Source of the DNA: the human T2T-CHM13v2.0 reference genome, Homo sapiens
DNA: 64,000 nt
Assembly: GCF_009914755.1 (NCBI RefSeq)
Contig: NC_060947.1
Direction: 5' to 3' (one strand)
In this document: piece by piece, positions 28,965-43,877 of the stretch
Position numbering within the stretch: position 1 is the stretch's first letter
How the letters are laid out: each line of letters starts with the position of its first letter
Notes under the pieces: generated by a model
Told to the model about the DNA's origin: nothing
Databases searched by the model: none
What the model saw: the letters and a program-made list of their open reading frames with translations, nothing else
Translations under genes and position numbers: made by a program

Positions 28965-29850
28965 CTTATTTTTAAACAGTCTTACTGAGACACAATTCAT
29001 ACCCTATTCAATTTACTCCTTTCGAGTGTGCAATTCAATGGCTTTTAGAGTTGTGCAACCATAAACACAATTAATTTTGGGACATTCGCATCACTCCAAA
29101 AAGAAACCCTGTACCTATCAGCAGTCACTCTCCATTATCTCCCAATTCCCACATAATCTTCCTTCTGTTTCTGTAGATTTGCCTTTTCTGGAAAATTCAT
29201 GTAAATAGAATCATATAACATGTGGTCTTTTGTTACGGGCTTCTTAGAGTAAACATGGTTCATCTATATTATAGCATACATTAGTACTTCATTCCTTATA
29301 GCTGTGTAATATCCCCTTGTTTGGATATACCACATTTGGTTATTCATTAATCCATTGAAGGACATTTGAGATTCTTCCACTTTTTGGCTATTATGAATAA
29401 TGCTTGTTTGGAACACTCTTATACATGATTTTGTGGACATGTGCTTTAATTTCTTTTGGGAATATACCTAGGTAATATTTTGAGTCTATGTTTAACTGAG
29501 GAACAGTCAGACTATTTTCCAAAGTGGCTGTACCATTTTACACCTTCACTAGCAATATATGAAGGTTTCAATGTCTCCATATCCTCACTAAGACTTGTTA
29601 TTGTATTTTAAAAAAGTTATAGCCATCTTAGTGGATGTGAAGTGGCATATTATTGTGGTTTTGATTTGCATATCTCTGAGGGCTAATGATGTTGAGCATC
29701 TTTTCATGTATTTATTGGCCGTTTGTGTATCTTCTTTGCAGAAATGTGTATTCAAATTATTTGCCCATACTTAATTGGGTTATTTCTCTTTTTATTGTTG
29801 AGTTGTAAGAATTGTTTGTATATTTTGTATATAAGGCCCTTGTCAGATAT
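28965..29850 (-). mobile_element. L1MB 3' end
   Basis: gtgtgcaattcaatggctttta...tcactccaaaaagaaaccctgtacctatcagcagtcactc. Confidence 0.82.
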
Positions 29851-29899
29851 ATGACTTGCCCTTTCTCTCTTTTCGTGGTGTACTTTCACAAACAAAGGG

Positions 29900-30198
29900 T
29901 TTTGTTTGTTTGTTTGAGACGGAGTTTTGTTCTTTTTGCCCAGGCTGGAGTGCAATGGCGCAATGGCGTGAATTTGGCTCACTGCAACCTCTGCCTCCAG
30001 GGTTCAAGAGATTCTCCTACCTCAGCCTCCCAAGTAGCTGGGATTACAAGCATGTGCCACCATGTCCGGCTACTTTTTTCTATTTTTAGTAGAGATGGGG
30101 TTTCACCATGTTGGTCAGCTGGTCTCAAACTCCAGACCTCAGGTAATCCACCCACCTCGGGTCTCCCAAAGTGTTGGGATTACAGGCGTGAGCCACCG
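29900..30198 (-). mobile_element. AluS (Sp/Sq-like) with (TTTG)n tail and internal 8 bp duplication
   Basis: Alu body containing gcaatggcgcaatggcg; lacks its first ~10 bases. Confidence 0.93.
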
Positions 30199-30199
30199 A

Positions 30200-32910
30200 C
30201 TTTAATGATTATATTTGAACAGTTTTTAATGTCAATAAAGACCAGTTTTTTATTTTAAAATTATTATTGCTTTTTGGGTCTTAAGAAATCTTTGTCTATG
30301 CAAGGTTATTAAGTTGTTTCCTTATGTTTTCTTTTAGAGCTTTTTCACTTTATTTTACATTTAGAAATATGATATATTTTGAATTAGTTTTTCTGTATGG
30401 TATGAGGTTGTTGTCAGGGTAGCCTATTTCTGGATTCCATTCTCTTTCATTAATCTACTTGTCTACCTTTCTGCCAATGCCACACCATTCTGAATTACTA
30501 TAGTTTTATTGTAAATTTTATAATCCAATAAACAGTGTAAATCCTCCAACTTTGTTCTTCTTCAAGATTTTCTTGGTTATACTAGACCCTTTATATTTTA
30601 ATATAAATTTTAAAGTTAGTTTATCAATTTTGACAAATATTCTTCCTGGGAATTTCATTTAGATTGTACCAAATTTGTAGTTCAATTTGGTTACAACTGA
30701 TATCTTAACAATGTTAAGTCTTCCAATTCAAAAACGTGATATAAGGCTCAGTTTATTCATGTCTATTCTCAGCAATGTATTTCATTATAGAATGCTTGTA
30801 TATCTTTCATTAGATTTAGTCCTATTTTAATTTTTTCTTATATGTATTAGAAATGGCAAAATTAAAAATTTTTCAATATTTTTGTTTCCAGTGTATATAA
30901 ATACAAGTGACTTTTGTATACCGATTTTGTGTCCAACCACCTTGCTATCTTATTTATTCTAATGATTTATCTATAGTTGCTTGTCCATACTCTTGGTGTG
31001 CTACATTGTGAATAATGAAAGCTTTGCCTCTTCCTTTCCAATCTGTATGACTTTTATTTGTATTTTATTTTCAATTTATTTCCTACTGTTCTGGCTAGGT
31101 TGTTCAGCACAATGGTAAATAGAAGTGATAATAATGGATGATTTTGTCTTTTTCATGAATTTAAAGAGAATGCCTTCAATTGTTTTATGAATAAGTATAC
31201 TCTTTTTATAAAGGATTTTTGCAGATATAACTTATCAGATGAAAATTTTTTTACTTTTAGTTTTCTAAGAATTTTTTAAATAAATAGATGCCAAATTTTA
31301 TCAAAAGTATTTTCTATATCAGTTGAGATGTTCAATTGTTTTTAATCTTTAATGTGGCAAATTACATTATTTGCTATTAAAACTAAAAAGTTTGTATTCC
31401 TTGAATCAATACATTTTTGCCATGGCATACTTTTTTTTTTTTTTACATTTCTGAATTTGGTTTACTAATGTTTCCTTTATGATTTCTGTATCTCAGTTCA
31501 TGAATGAGATTGGCTTGGGATCATTAATGTGAGATTGGAATTACTTTTTCTTTGAATGTTAGGTATTATTCATGGGTAAAACCTTGTGGATCTGGAATTC
31601 ACACTATAGACACATTTTTGAATGATTCATTTACCCAAGGATTATAAAACTATTCAGGTTTTCACTTCTTTTTGTTTCAATTTTGGTAAGTTATAATTAT
31701 TTATTTAAAAAATTGTGATTTATACAGGTTGATAAAATTTGTCAATATAATTTAATTATATATTTTAAATTTATTTTATTGTCTATCCATAGTTAGGTAA
31801 ACCATTTCTTTCTTAATGTTGATTATTTTTGACTTCTATCTTCTTTTTCCTAGATCAGTCTTGGTAATGATTTTGTTAATTTTATTAGTCATTTCAAGGA
31901 ATCTTCTTTTGTTTTAATTCATTATGATCTCTATTGTTTACTTTTTCATTTTTTAAGGATTTTGTGCTTTTTTATTATTATTCCTTTTTCCTATAGTATA
32001 TGGGTTTATTTTACTGTTTTTTTTTTTTTTTTTACAAATTTCTTAAGATGGATACTTAGCTTTCATTTTCAGTTTTCTCCTTTTCAATAGAAGTACTTAA
32101 ACCTGTAAAGTTCCCTCTAAATGTTGACCTATGTGTATACTCTAGGTTTCAAGTGTAATATTTTTATAGTTTATTTCTATTTTCTAGTTTAGTTATAATT
32201 TTTTCTTTGATCAGTTATTTGTCAGTGTATTTATTAATTTCCCACATATGGGGGTTTTCTACCTATCATTGTTTGCTATTAATTTTTAATTGCAATCTGG
32301 TCTAAGAACATTATGTGATAGAAGTCATTTGGTATTCTGTTGAGACTAATGTTATGGCTCAAAAATGATCATTTTCTTGGTTGTATTACATAAAATAATA
32401 TATAATTGAAAAACAGTATGTAATTGGTAACAGTTGGATTCAGTGTTCTCTCTATATATATTTGATCAGACTTTGATGTGTGACATTAAGCTCTTTCATT
32501 TCCTTACTGATATTTTGTTTCCTTGATCTACTAATTATTGGTGAAAGTGTATTAAAAATTTTCACTCTGATGGTATATTTGTCTGTTGTTCCAAGGAATT
32601 CTACAATTTTTGCTTTATATATTTGAAAGTCATGCTGTCAGGTATACCCAAGTTTATAACTGTTATATTTTATTTGTGAAATGAAATGTTTAGCATTATA
32701 CAGTGAACATTTTTTCTCTAGTAGTTCTTTTTGCCTTTATCTCTATTAGTTCTTTTTTCATATATTTTGCCTGTTATTAGTATAATTACACCAAATTTCA
32801 GTCTTTATTTCTGCTATTTTAATTTCAAATTGACTGTAGCCTTATATTTTGGCTGTCTCTTTTAGCCTATAGCTGAACATTTTCTTCAGTCTCACAAACT
32901 TTATTTTTTA
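30200..32910 (-). mobile_element. Highly diverged L1ME-type ORF2
   Basis: T-rich antisense ORF2 remnants (cctccaactttgttcttcttcaag). Confidence 0.72.
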
Positions 32911-32983
32911 ACTTTAAAAAACTATTTAACTTTTTACTCTGAAGTAATTTCAGATTACATATAAGTTGCAAGAATATTAAGGA

Positions 32984-33277
32984 TTTTTTTTTTGAGATGG
33001 AGTTTTGCTCTTGTTGCCCAGTCTGGAGTGTAATGGCACGATCTTAGCTCACCGCAACCTCGGCTTCACGGGTTCAAGTGATTCTCCTACCTCAGCCTCC
33101 TGAGTAGCTGGGATTACAGGCATGCGCCACAACGCCCAGATAATTTTTTGTATTTTTAGTAGAGATGGGGTTTCTCCATATTAGTCAGGCTGTTCTCCAA
33201 CTCCCTACCTCAGGTTATCTGCCCACCTCGGCCTCCCGAAGTGCTGGGATAACAGGCGTGAGCCACCACGCCCGGCC
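32984..33277 (-). mobile_element. AluSp with TSD
   Basis: Sp diagnostics (ctcttgttgcc, accgcaacc, tttctccat); TSD ttaaggattttt at 32977 and 33281. Confidence 0.95.
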
Positions 33278-34327
33278 ATCTTAAGGATTTTTAATACCCT
33301 TAAACAAATTGGCTATTATTATGTCTTTACTACATTATTTGTATAGCTATCAATAGACATGGAGTTCAAATATATAAGTATATTGGTGACATGATGGATT
33401 TTTATCTCTATTTCAGTGTGTTTCTTAAAATTTTTTCTTACATAACTGGACTATAATGGTTAAAATCAGAAAATTAACATTGCTGCATTACTATTATTTA
33501 ATCTACAAACTTCATTCAAATTTTGCCAAGTATCTTAATAATAACATTTACAGAAAATATTTTTGTTCTCTGCTTCAGGATCTAATCCATGATCTCATAT
33601 CACATTGATTTGTCATGTCTCTTTAGCCTCCTCTAATCTAGAAAATGTCCTCATTCTTTCTTAGTTTTTAATGATCTCAATACTATTAGAGTTAAGGCTG
33701 CTTTAGTAGCATACTAGAATACCCTCTTTTTTTTTATTTGATGATTTTCCATGACTACATTTAGGCTACACATTTTGATAAGAGTACCACAAAAACGATA
33801 TTGTGTTCTTCTCAGAATGTCATGTGAGGAATCAACAATGTTGATTTGTCCTTTTCTGTTGTTAAATTTTGATTTCTTGCCTAAGGTAGAATCTACTAAG
33901 TTTCTCTACCGTAAAGTTATAAGGTAAAACTTGTAACTAAGGAATATCTTATGGGAAGATGTTCTGGGACTATGTAAATATTCTGTCATTTCTACATCTT
34001 TTGCCAACTTGTTTTAGTATACATTGGAGATTTTAGCCTGAGTCTATTGTTATTCTGATTATTACAAAATTAAAATTTTCCAATTTGATCATTCATTCTA
34101 CATTTATTAGTTGGCATTCTACTATAACATGATTTTGTTTATGTGTGTACTTATTTACTTATAGTAGTATGGATTTATGGACTCAATTTATTTGATAGGT
34201 TTAATCCATTACCATCATTATTTATTTTGGTACTCAAATAGTCCTAGATTTGGCTGGTGAAAGCCCTTTCAAACTGACACCTGTTTTTCTTTGCCATGTG
34301 ATTATCATTCTTTCAGCACTTCCTTAT

Positions 34328-34513
34328 TTTTTTTAATTTTCAACTTTTATTTTGGATATAGGGAGTACATGTGCAGGTTTGTTACATGGGAATATTGCAC
34401 CCAGGTGGAGACCTTAGTACCCAATAGGTAGTTTTTCAGTCTATGACCCCCTTCATCCCTCCTCCGTCTAGTAGTCAACAGTGTCTATTGTTCCCACGTT
34501 TATGTCCAAGAGT
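34328..34513 (-). mobile_element. Short L1PA15/16-like 3' end
   Basis: gtacatgtgcaggtttgttacatggg...gtacccaataggtagttttt; TSD agcactt(c/t)cttat on both sides. Confidence 0.85.
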
Positions 34514-35469
34514 GAGCACTTTCTTATATTTTGACTTTACAAGATACTCCAGACTCATCTTTTAATTTCTCAGTTCCAGCCCTGAAATGGGCCCTTTCTT
34601 CAAGGAATCCTGGGTGCTACAAGTGTTTATTGCGATTGGAATGTCATTGCTTCTAGGTCCTCTATGTCTATATAGGCCAAACTACCTTTATTTCTATATT
34701 TATTTATATACATAAAATGCAAATTTGTTATACTAATTATAATATAATCTCATATATTGTGAAATGTATTTATAAAAACCAAAAGTTTACACTGATAACT
34801 CAAATTCCAATCCAATAATGCAGGTTAATTCTAGCATTTTCTCTTCTTTCAATGTTGAGAAATCTGGTTCCGATTATCCACAATATATTTACTCATTTGC
34901 TTATCCTAAAATGCGCAGCAGTTTCATAATTGATATCCTATACTACTACGAAAAACAAACCTGTAATTCAATTTAAATATTTGTTTACAGTTTTTTTTGT
35001 CTTTAGTCTGAGGATATATATTCAAAATATTGTGTTCAAACAATATTTAGGTTCATTTTGCCTTCCCTTTCAGTTTGGTGACAAGTTCATTTGTTTCTGT
35101 TTCCATTTTATTTTGTTTTCCTCCATACTTGTTGATTTTAGTCATATCATTTTTGAGTATGTGAAACATTAACATGGTTCCAAAGTTCAGAGGTGTAGGA
35201 AAGATGTACTCTGAGAAGTATAATAACCCCCATCCTTTCCCACCCTGCCTTCCCACCAACCATAGGTACCAATCTAATTATTTCTACATTTTTCTTCCTG
35301 CATTTCCTTTTGCATAAACCAACAGACTAGGGTGTGTGTGTGTGTGTAATATTTTTTCTTTTTTCCCTTTTTTTCTTACACAAAATATAGCTTACAATAG
35401 ATATTCTTTTACACTTTGCTTTATCCACTTTATGATGTACTCGAACTGATGTTCACAGAGATTTTACTT

Positions 35470-36595
35470 ATTTTTTAATGCTTAATGGATTTTAATGTAT
35501 GGAGTAGTTTTGGGTTTGTGGAAAAAAATTCAGCAAATTATACAGAGTTCTCATATGCCCTTCACTACCCCGCACAACAATTTTCTCTATTTTTAACATT
35601 ATGTGTTAGTGTGGCACATTTGTTACAAATGATAAGTCAATATTGATAAATTAACTGAAGTCCATAGTTTACATCGGGGTTCAGTCTTTGTGTTATACAT
35701 TCCATGGGTTTTGACAAATGTATAATCATGTATATTCGCCATTACAGTGTCATACAGAATAAAAATTTCACTACCCTAAAAATCCCCTGTGTTCTGCCCA
35801 TCCATCCCTCTCTCTGTCTGAATGCCTGGCAACCACTAATCTTTTTACTATCTTTTACAGTTGTGTCTTTTCTAGAATGTTATGTAGTTGGAATCATACA
35901 GCATGTAGAGTTTTCAGATTGGCTTCTTTCACTTAGCAATTGGCATTTAAGGCTTCTCTATGTCTTTTGGTGGCTTCATAGATCATTTCTTTTTATGATG
36001 GAATAATGTATGAATGTACCATGGTTTGTATATTCATTCACCTCTAGAATGACGTCTTGGTCCTTTCCAAGAGTTGGCACTTATAAATCAAGCTGCTATA
36101 AGCATTCATTTGCAGGTTTTGGGGTGGATATAACTTTTCAATCCGTTTAGATAAATGCCCAGGGAGCAAGACTTCTGGATCATATAGTATGAGTATGTTT
36201 AATTTTACAGGAAACAGACAAACTGTCTTCCAAAATAGCACTACCATTTTGCATTCACACTAGCAATATTGAGTTCCCGTTGCTCCATATCCTTGCCAGC
36301 ATTTGGGGTTGTTAGTGTTTTCGGATTTGGGCCATTCTAATGGGTGTGTAGTAGTATATCACGGTTGTTTATGTTGCAATACTCTAATGACATATGATGT
36401 AGTGCATACTTTCATATGCTTATTGCCATCTGTATATCTTCTTCAGTGAAGTGTCTGTACAGATCTCTGTCTCATTTTTAAAACAGAATTCATTTTCTTT
36501 TTTTTTTTAATGTGGAGATTTCCTTGTATATTTCGTATACCAGTCCTTTTTATATTTGTTTTGCAAAGATTTTTCTGCCAGTGTGGATGTCTCTT
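35470..36595 (-). mobile_element. L1MC1/2-like 3' end
   Basis: tacagagttctcatatgccc, actgaagtccatagtttacat, tttcactaccctaaaaatcccctgtgttc. Confidence 0.8.
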
Positions 36596-39560
36596 TTTGC
36601 GGGGGGCAGGTATCCAATCCTCTCAAGAATTTATCTTTTGTGTTACAAACAATCTAATTATACTGTTTTACTTATTTTAAAATGTACAATTTAATTATTA
36701 TAGACTATAGTCACCCTCTTGTGCTATCAAATACTAGATCTGTTTCATTCTTTATATTTTTGTGTACCCATAAACCATTCTGAACACCCCTTCCCACCCT
36801 AACACTACCATTCCGAGCCTCTGGTAACCATCCTTCTACTTTCTATTTCCATGAGTTCAATTGTTTTGATTTTTAGATCCTAAGAATAAGTGAGAACATG
36901 CAATAATTGTCTTTCTGTGCCTGGCTTATTTCACTTAACATAATGACCTCCAGTTCCATCCATGTTGTTGGAAATGGCAGGCTCTCATTCTTTTTATGGC
37001 TAGTTACCACTTCATTTATATATGTACCATATTTTCTGTACCCATTCATCTGTTGATGGACGTTTAGTTTGCTTCCAAATCTTGGCTATTATGAACAGTG
37101 CTGTAACAAGCATGGGAGTGCAGATATCTCTTTGATATAATGACTTCCTTTCTTTTGGGCATATATCCAGCAATGAGAATGCTGGATCACATGGTAGATC
37201 TATTTTAAATATTTTGAGGAAGCTCCAAAATGTTTTCCATAATGGATGTACTAATTTAAATCCCCACCAACAGTGGAAGAGAGTTCCCTGTTCTCCACAT
37301 CCTCACCCAGCATTTGTTATTGCCTGTCTTTTGGATATAAGCCATTTTAACTGGGTTAAGATGATATCTCATTGTAATTTTGATTTGCATTTTTGTGATG
37401 ATCAATGACACTGAGCACCTTTTCATATGCCTGCTTGCCATTCCTATGTCTTCTTTGAGAAATATCTATTTAAATATTTTACCCATTTTTGACTGGATTA
37501 CAATATTTTTTCCTATAGAGTTGTTTGACCTTCTTATCTACTCTGGGTATTAATCTCTTGTCAGATGGGTAGTTTGCAAATATTTTCTTCCATTCTATGG
37601 GTTGTCTCTTCACTTTGTTGATTGTTTCTTTTGCTTTGCAGAAGCTTTTTAACTAGATGTAATCCCATTTGTGCATTTTTGCTTTGGTGGCCTGTACTTG
37701 TAGGGTATTGTTCAAGAAATGTTTGCCCAGACCAATGTCCTGGAGAGTTTTCTCAATGTTTTCTTGTAGTATTTTCATAGTTTGAGGTCTTAGATTTAAC
37801 TCTTTAATCAATTTTAGTTGCATTTTTGTATATGACAAGAGATGGATGTCTAGTTTCATTCTTCTGCATATGAATTTCAAGTTTTCCCAGCACCATTTAT
37901 TTAGGGGACTGTCCTTTCCCCAGTGTGTGTTCTTGGCACCTTTGTCAAAAATGAGTTCGCTGTAGGCGTATGAATTTGTTTCTAGGTTCTCTACTCTGTT
38001 CCATTGGTCTATGTGTCTGTTTTTATGCCAGTTAGATGCTGTTTTGGTTATATATCTGTGCAGTATAATTTGAAGTCAGGTAACGTGATTCTTCTAGTAT
38101 TGTTCTTTTTGCTAAGGTTAGCTTTGGCTGTTCTGTCTTTTGTGATGCCATATAAATTTTAGGATTTTTTTTCTATTTCTGTGAAGAATGTCATTAGTAT
38201 TTTAATAGAGATTGTGTTGAATCTGTAGATTGCTTTGGGTAATATTGGCATTTTAACAATATTGGTTCTTTTAATTCATGGAATATATTTCAATTTCTTG
38301 GTGTTCTCTTCAATTTCTTTCATCAATGTATTATAGTTTTCATTATAGATATCTTCTATAATGAAAAGATTATAGATTATGATTTCTTCTTTGGTTAATT
38401 CCTATGTATTCTACTGTATTTGTAGCTACTGTAAATTGGAGTTATTTTTTAAAATTCGTTTTTCAGATTGTCCACTATTGGCATATAGAAATGCTACTAA
38501 CTTTTGTATGTTGATATTGTACCCTGCAAATTTCCGAAATTTATTCATCAGTTCTAATAGTTTTCTGGTGGCGCCTTTAGGTTTTTCCAAATATAACATC
38601 ATATCATCTGCAAACAAGAATAATTTGACTGATTCCTTTCCAATTTAGACACCCTTTACTTCTTTGTGTTTTTTATTGCTCTAGCTAGGACTTCCAGTAC
38701 TATATTGAATAACAGTAGTGACAGTGGGTGTCGTCTTTTTCTGGTTCTTAGAGGAAAGGCTTTCAGTTTTCCCCTTTCAGTATGATTCTAGCTGAAAGTC
38801 TGTCATATATGGCTTTTATCATGTTGAGGTATGTTTCTTCTATACACAGTTTATTGATGGTTTTTATTATAAAGGGTTGTTGAATTTTATCAAATGCATT
38901 TTCAACATCAATTTAAATGATCCTATAGATTTTGTCCTTCATTCTCTTGTTATGATGTATCACATTGATTGATTTGTATGTGTTGAACCATCCTTGAATC
39001 CCTGGGCTAAATCCCACTTGGTTATGATAAATGATCTTTTTAATGTATTGTAGAATTTGGTTTGTTGGTATTTTGTTGATGATTTTTGCATCAATATTTA
39101 TCAGAGATATTGGCATGTAGATATCTTTTTTTGATGTGTTGTCTGGTTTTGGTATCAAGGGAATGCTGGCTTCATCGAATGAGTTTGGGAGAATTCCCTC
39201 ATCCTATATTTTTCAGTATAGTTTGAGCAGGATTGGTAGTAGCTCTTTAAACACTTGGTAGAATTCAGCAGCAAAGCCTTTGAGTCCCAGGCTTTTCTTT
39301 ACTGAGAAACTTTTTATTATGACTTTCATCTCATTATTTGTAATTTGTCTGTTCAGGTTTTGGATTTCTTCATAATTCAATCTTGGTAGGTTGTACATGT
39401 CTAGGAATTTGTCTGTTTCTTTTAGATTTTCAAGTTTATTGGCATTTGTTGCTCATAGTAGCCATGAATGATCCTTTGAATTTCTGCAGTATCAGTCATA
39501 ATGTCTCCCTTTTCATCTCTGATTTTATTTATTTGGATCTCTTTTTTTTTTCTTAGTCTG

Positions 39561-39921
39561 TGATATGGTTTGGCTCTGTCCCCACCCAAATCTCACCTTG
39601 AATTGCAGCTCCCATAATTTCCACATGTCATGGGAGGGACCAAGTGGGAGGTAATGGAATCATAGTGGTGGGTATTTCCTGTGCTGTTCTCGTGATAGTG
39701 AATAAGTCTCATGAGATCTGATGGTTTTATAAAGAGCAGTTCTCCTGCACAGGCTCTCTTGCTTGCTGCCATGTAAGACATGCCTTTGCTCCTCCTTTGC
39801 CTTCTGTCATGATTGTGAGGCCTCTGAAGCCACGTGCAACTGTGAGTCCATTAAACCTCTTTTACTTTATAAATTACCAAGTCTTGGGTATTTCTTCATA
39901 GTATGAAAATGGACTAATAGA
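39561..39921 (+). mobile_element. THE1C-like solo LTR
   Basis: tgatatggtttggctctgtccccacccaaatctc...gaaaatggactaata; 5 bp TSD gtctg at 39556-39560 and 39922-39926. Confidence 0.95.
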
Positions 39922-42176
39922 GTCTGGCTAAAAGTTTGGCATGTTTTAAAACTTTTCAGAAAATCTTTTTTTTTTCCCATTGATCTTTTGTATTGTTTGC
40001 TTCATTTTAATTTTATTTATTTCTGCTCTGATCTTTATGATTTATTGTATTCTACTAATTTTGAGTTTGATTTGCTTTTGCTTTCTCAGTTCTTTAAGAT
40101 GGATTATTAGGCTGTTTATTTGAATTTTTGCTTGTTTTTGATTGTACACATTTATAACAATAAATGCCTTTTAGTATGGTTTTTGCTGTATATCACAGGA
40201 TTTGGTTTGTTTTGGTTTTAGTACTGCTTTTGCTGTATCTCATAGGATTTGGTTTGTTTTGTTTTAATTATTATTTGTTTCAAGACAATTTTCAATTTCC
40301 TTTTTAATTTCTCCATTGACCCACTCATCATCCAAGAGCATATTGTTTAATTTTCATGTATTTGTGTAGTCCCCAAATTTTCTTATTTTTGATTTCTAGT
40401 TTATTCCATTGTCATCACAGAAGATGCTTAATATAATTTTAATTTTTTGAAAGTTTCAAGACTTGCTTTGTGATGCAATATATGGTCTACCCTTGAGAAT
40501 GATCCTGTGCTGAGGAAAAGAATGGGTATTCAGTAGCTATTGGATGGAATAGTCTGTAAATATCTATTAGATCCATTTGGTCTATAGTGCTGATTAAGTC
40601 TGATGTTTCTTTGCTGATTTTCTGTCTAAAAGATCTGTCCAATGCTGACAGTGGGGTGCTAAAAGTCTCCAGGTATTATTGGATTGGAGTATATCTCTGT
40701 CTTTAGCTCTAATAATATTTGCTTTATATATCTAGGTGCTCCAGTGTTGGGTACATATATATTTAAAATTGTTATATCCTTTTGCTGAATTGACCCCTTT
40801 ATCATAATATAGTGACCCTCTTTGACTCTTCTCATCATTTTGCTCTCAAAATTTATTTTGTCTAATAGAAGTATAGCTACTCCTACTCTTTTTTGGTTTC
40901 TATTGGCATGAAATTTTTTTTAATCTCTTTATTTTCAGTCTATGATATCTTTATAGGTGAAGTGTGTTTCTTGTAGACAACAGATCAATGGGTCTCATTT
41001 TTTAAATTCAGCCAGCCAATCTATGTCTTTTCATTGGAGAGTTTAGTCAATTTATATTTGATATTATTATTGATAAGTATGAAGTTACTTCTGCCATTTT
41101 ATTGTTTTCCAGTTTTTTTGTGGTCTTCTCTTCCTTCTTTCTTTCCCTCCCATCTTCCTTTTAGTGAAGATCATTTTCCTCAGTGGTATGGTTTAGTTTC
41201 TTGCTTTTTATTTTTTGTGTATCCATTCTATGTGTTTTGGTTTGAGATTACCATGAGTCTTGCAAATACTATCTTATAACCCATTATTTTAAGTGGATAA
41301 CAACTTAACATTGTTTGCCTAAACATACAAATAAAGAAAAAACTAATGAAAACTTGATACCTTAGCTTTTCTCCTTCCTTTTTACCTTTTTTCATTCCTA
41401 CTTATATCTTATTGTATTGTCTATGTCTTGAGAAGTTGTTATAGTTACTATTTTTTATGGGTTCATTGTTTGATTTTTCTACTTAGAATAACAGTATTTT
41501 ACACACCACAGCTATAGTGTTATAGTGTTCTGTTTTTTCGTGTACTTACTATTACCAGTAAGTTTTGTACCTTCAGGTGATTACTTATTGCTCATTAATA
41601 TCCTTTTCTTTGTTATTGAAGTACTCCCTTTAGCATTTCTTGTAGGAAAGGCCTGGTGCTGATGAAATCCCTCAACTTTTGTTTGGGAAAGTATTTCTCC
41701 TTCATGTTTGAAGGATGTTTTTGCAGGATATACTATTCTAGGGTAAAAATGTTATTTTCCTTCCACACTTTAAATATGTCATGCCACTCTCTCATGACCT
41801 GTAAAGTTTCCTTTGAAAAGTCTGTTGCCAGACTTATTGGAGATCCATTGTGTGTTTCTTTTCTGTTCCTGCTTTTAAAATCCTTTATCCTTGATCTTTG
41901 TGAGTTTGAATATTAAGTGTATTGAGGTATTCTTCTTTGGGTGAAATCTGCCTAGTGTTCTATAACCTTCATGTACTTGGATGTTAATATTTTTCTCTAG
42001 GTTTGGGAAGTTCTCTGTTATTAACCTATTGCATAAATTTTCTACCCCTGTCTCTTTCTTTACCTCCTGTTTAAGTCCAATATTTGTTACATTTATCTTT
42101 TGGGGGCTCTTTTATAGATCCTGTAGGTGTCCTTCATTGTTTTGTATTCTCTTTTCTTTTGTCTACTCTGAACGTT

Positions 42177-43877
<1,701 letters not shown>

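Larger units (their letters stand above)
32925..35050 (-). mobile_element. L1MC (MC3/MC4-like) long 3' UTR
   Basis: aaaatcagaaaattaacattg, caggatctaatccatgatctcatatcacattg, ggccctttcttcaaggaatcctgg. Confidence 0.7.

Noticed and set aside
29812-30258. 148 aa ORF
   Set aside because: Antisense Alu translation.
39650-39665. DUX4 site in the THE1C LTR
   Set aside because: Reads TAATGGAATCA rather than the TAATTGAATCA recalled for THE1, so it is probably degraded.
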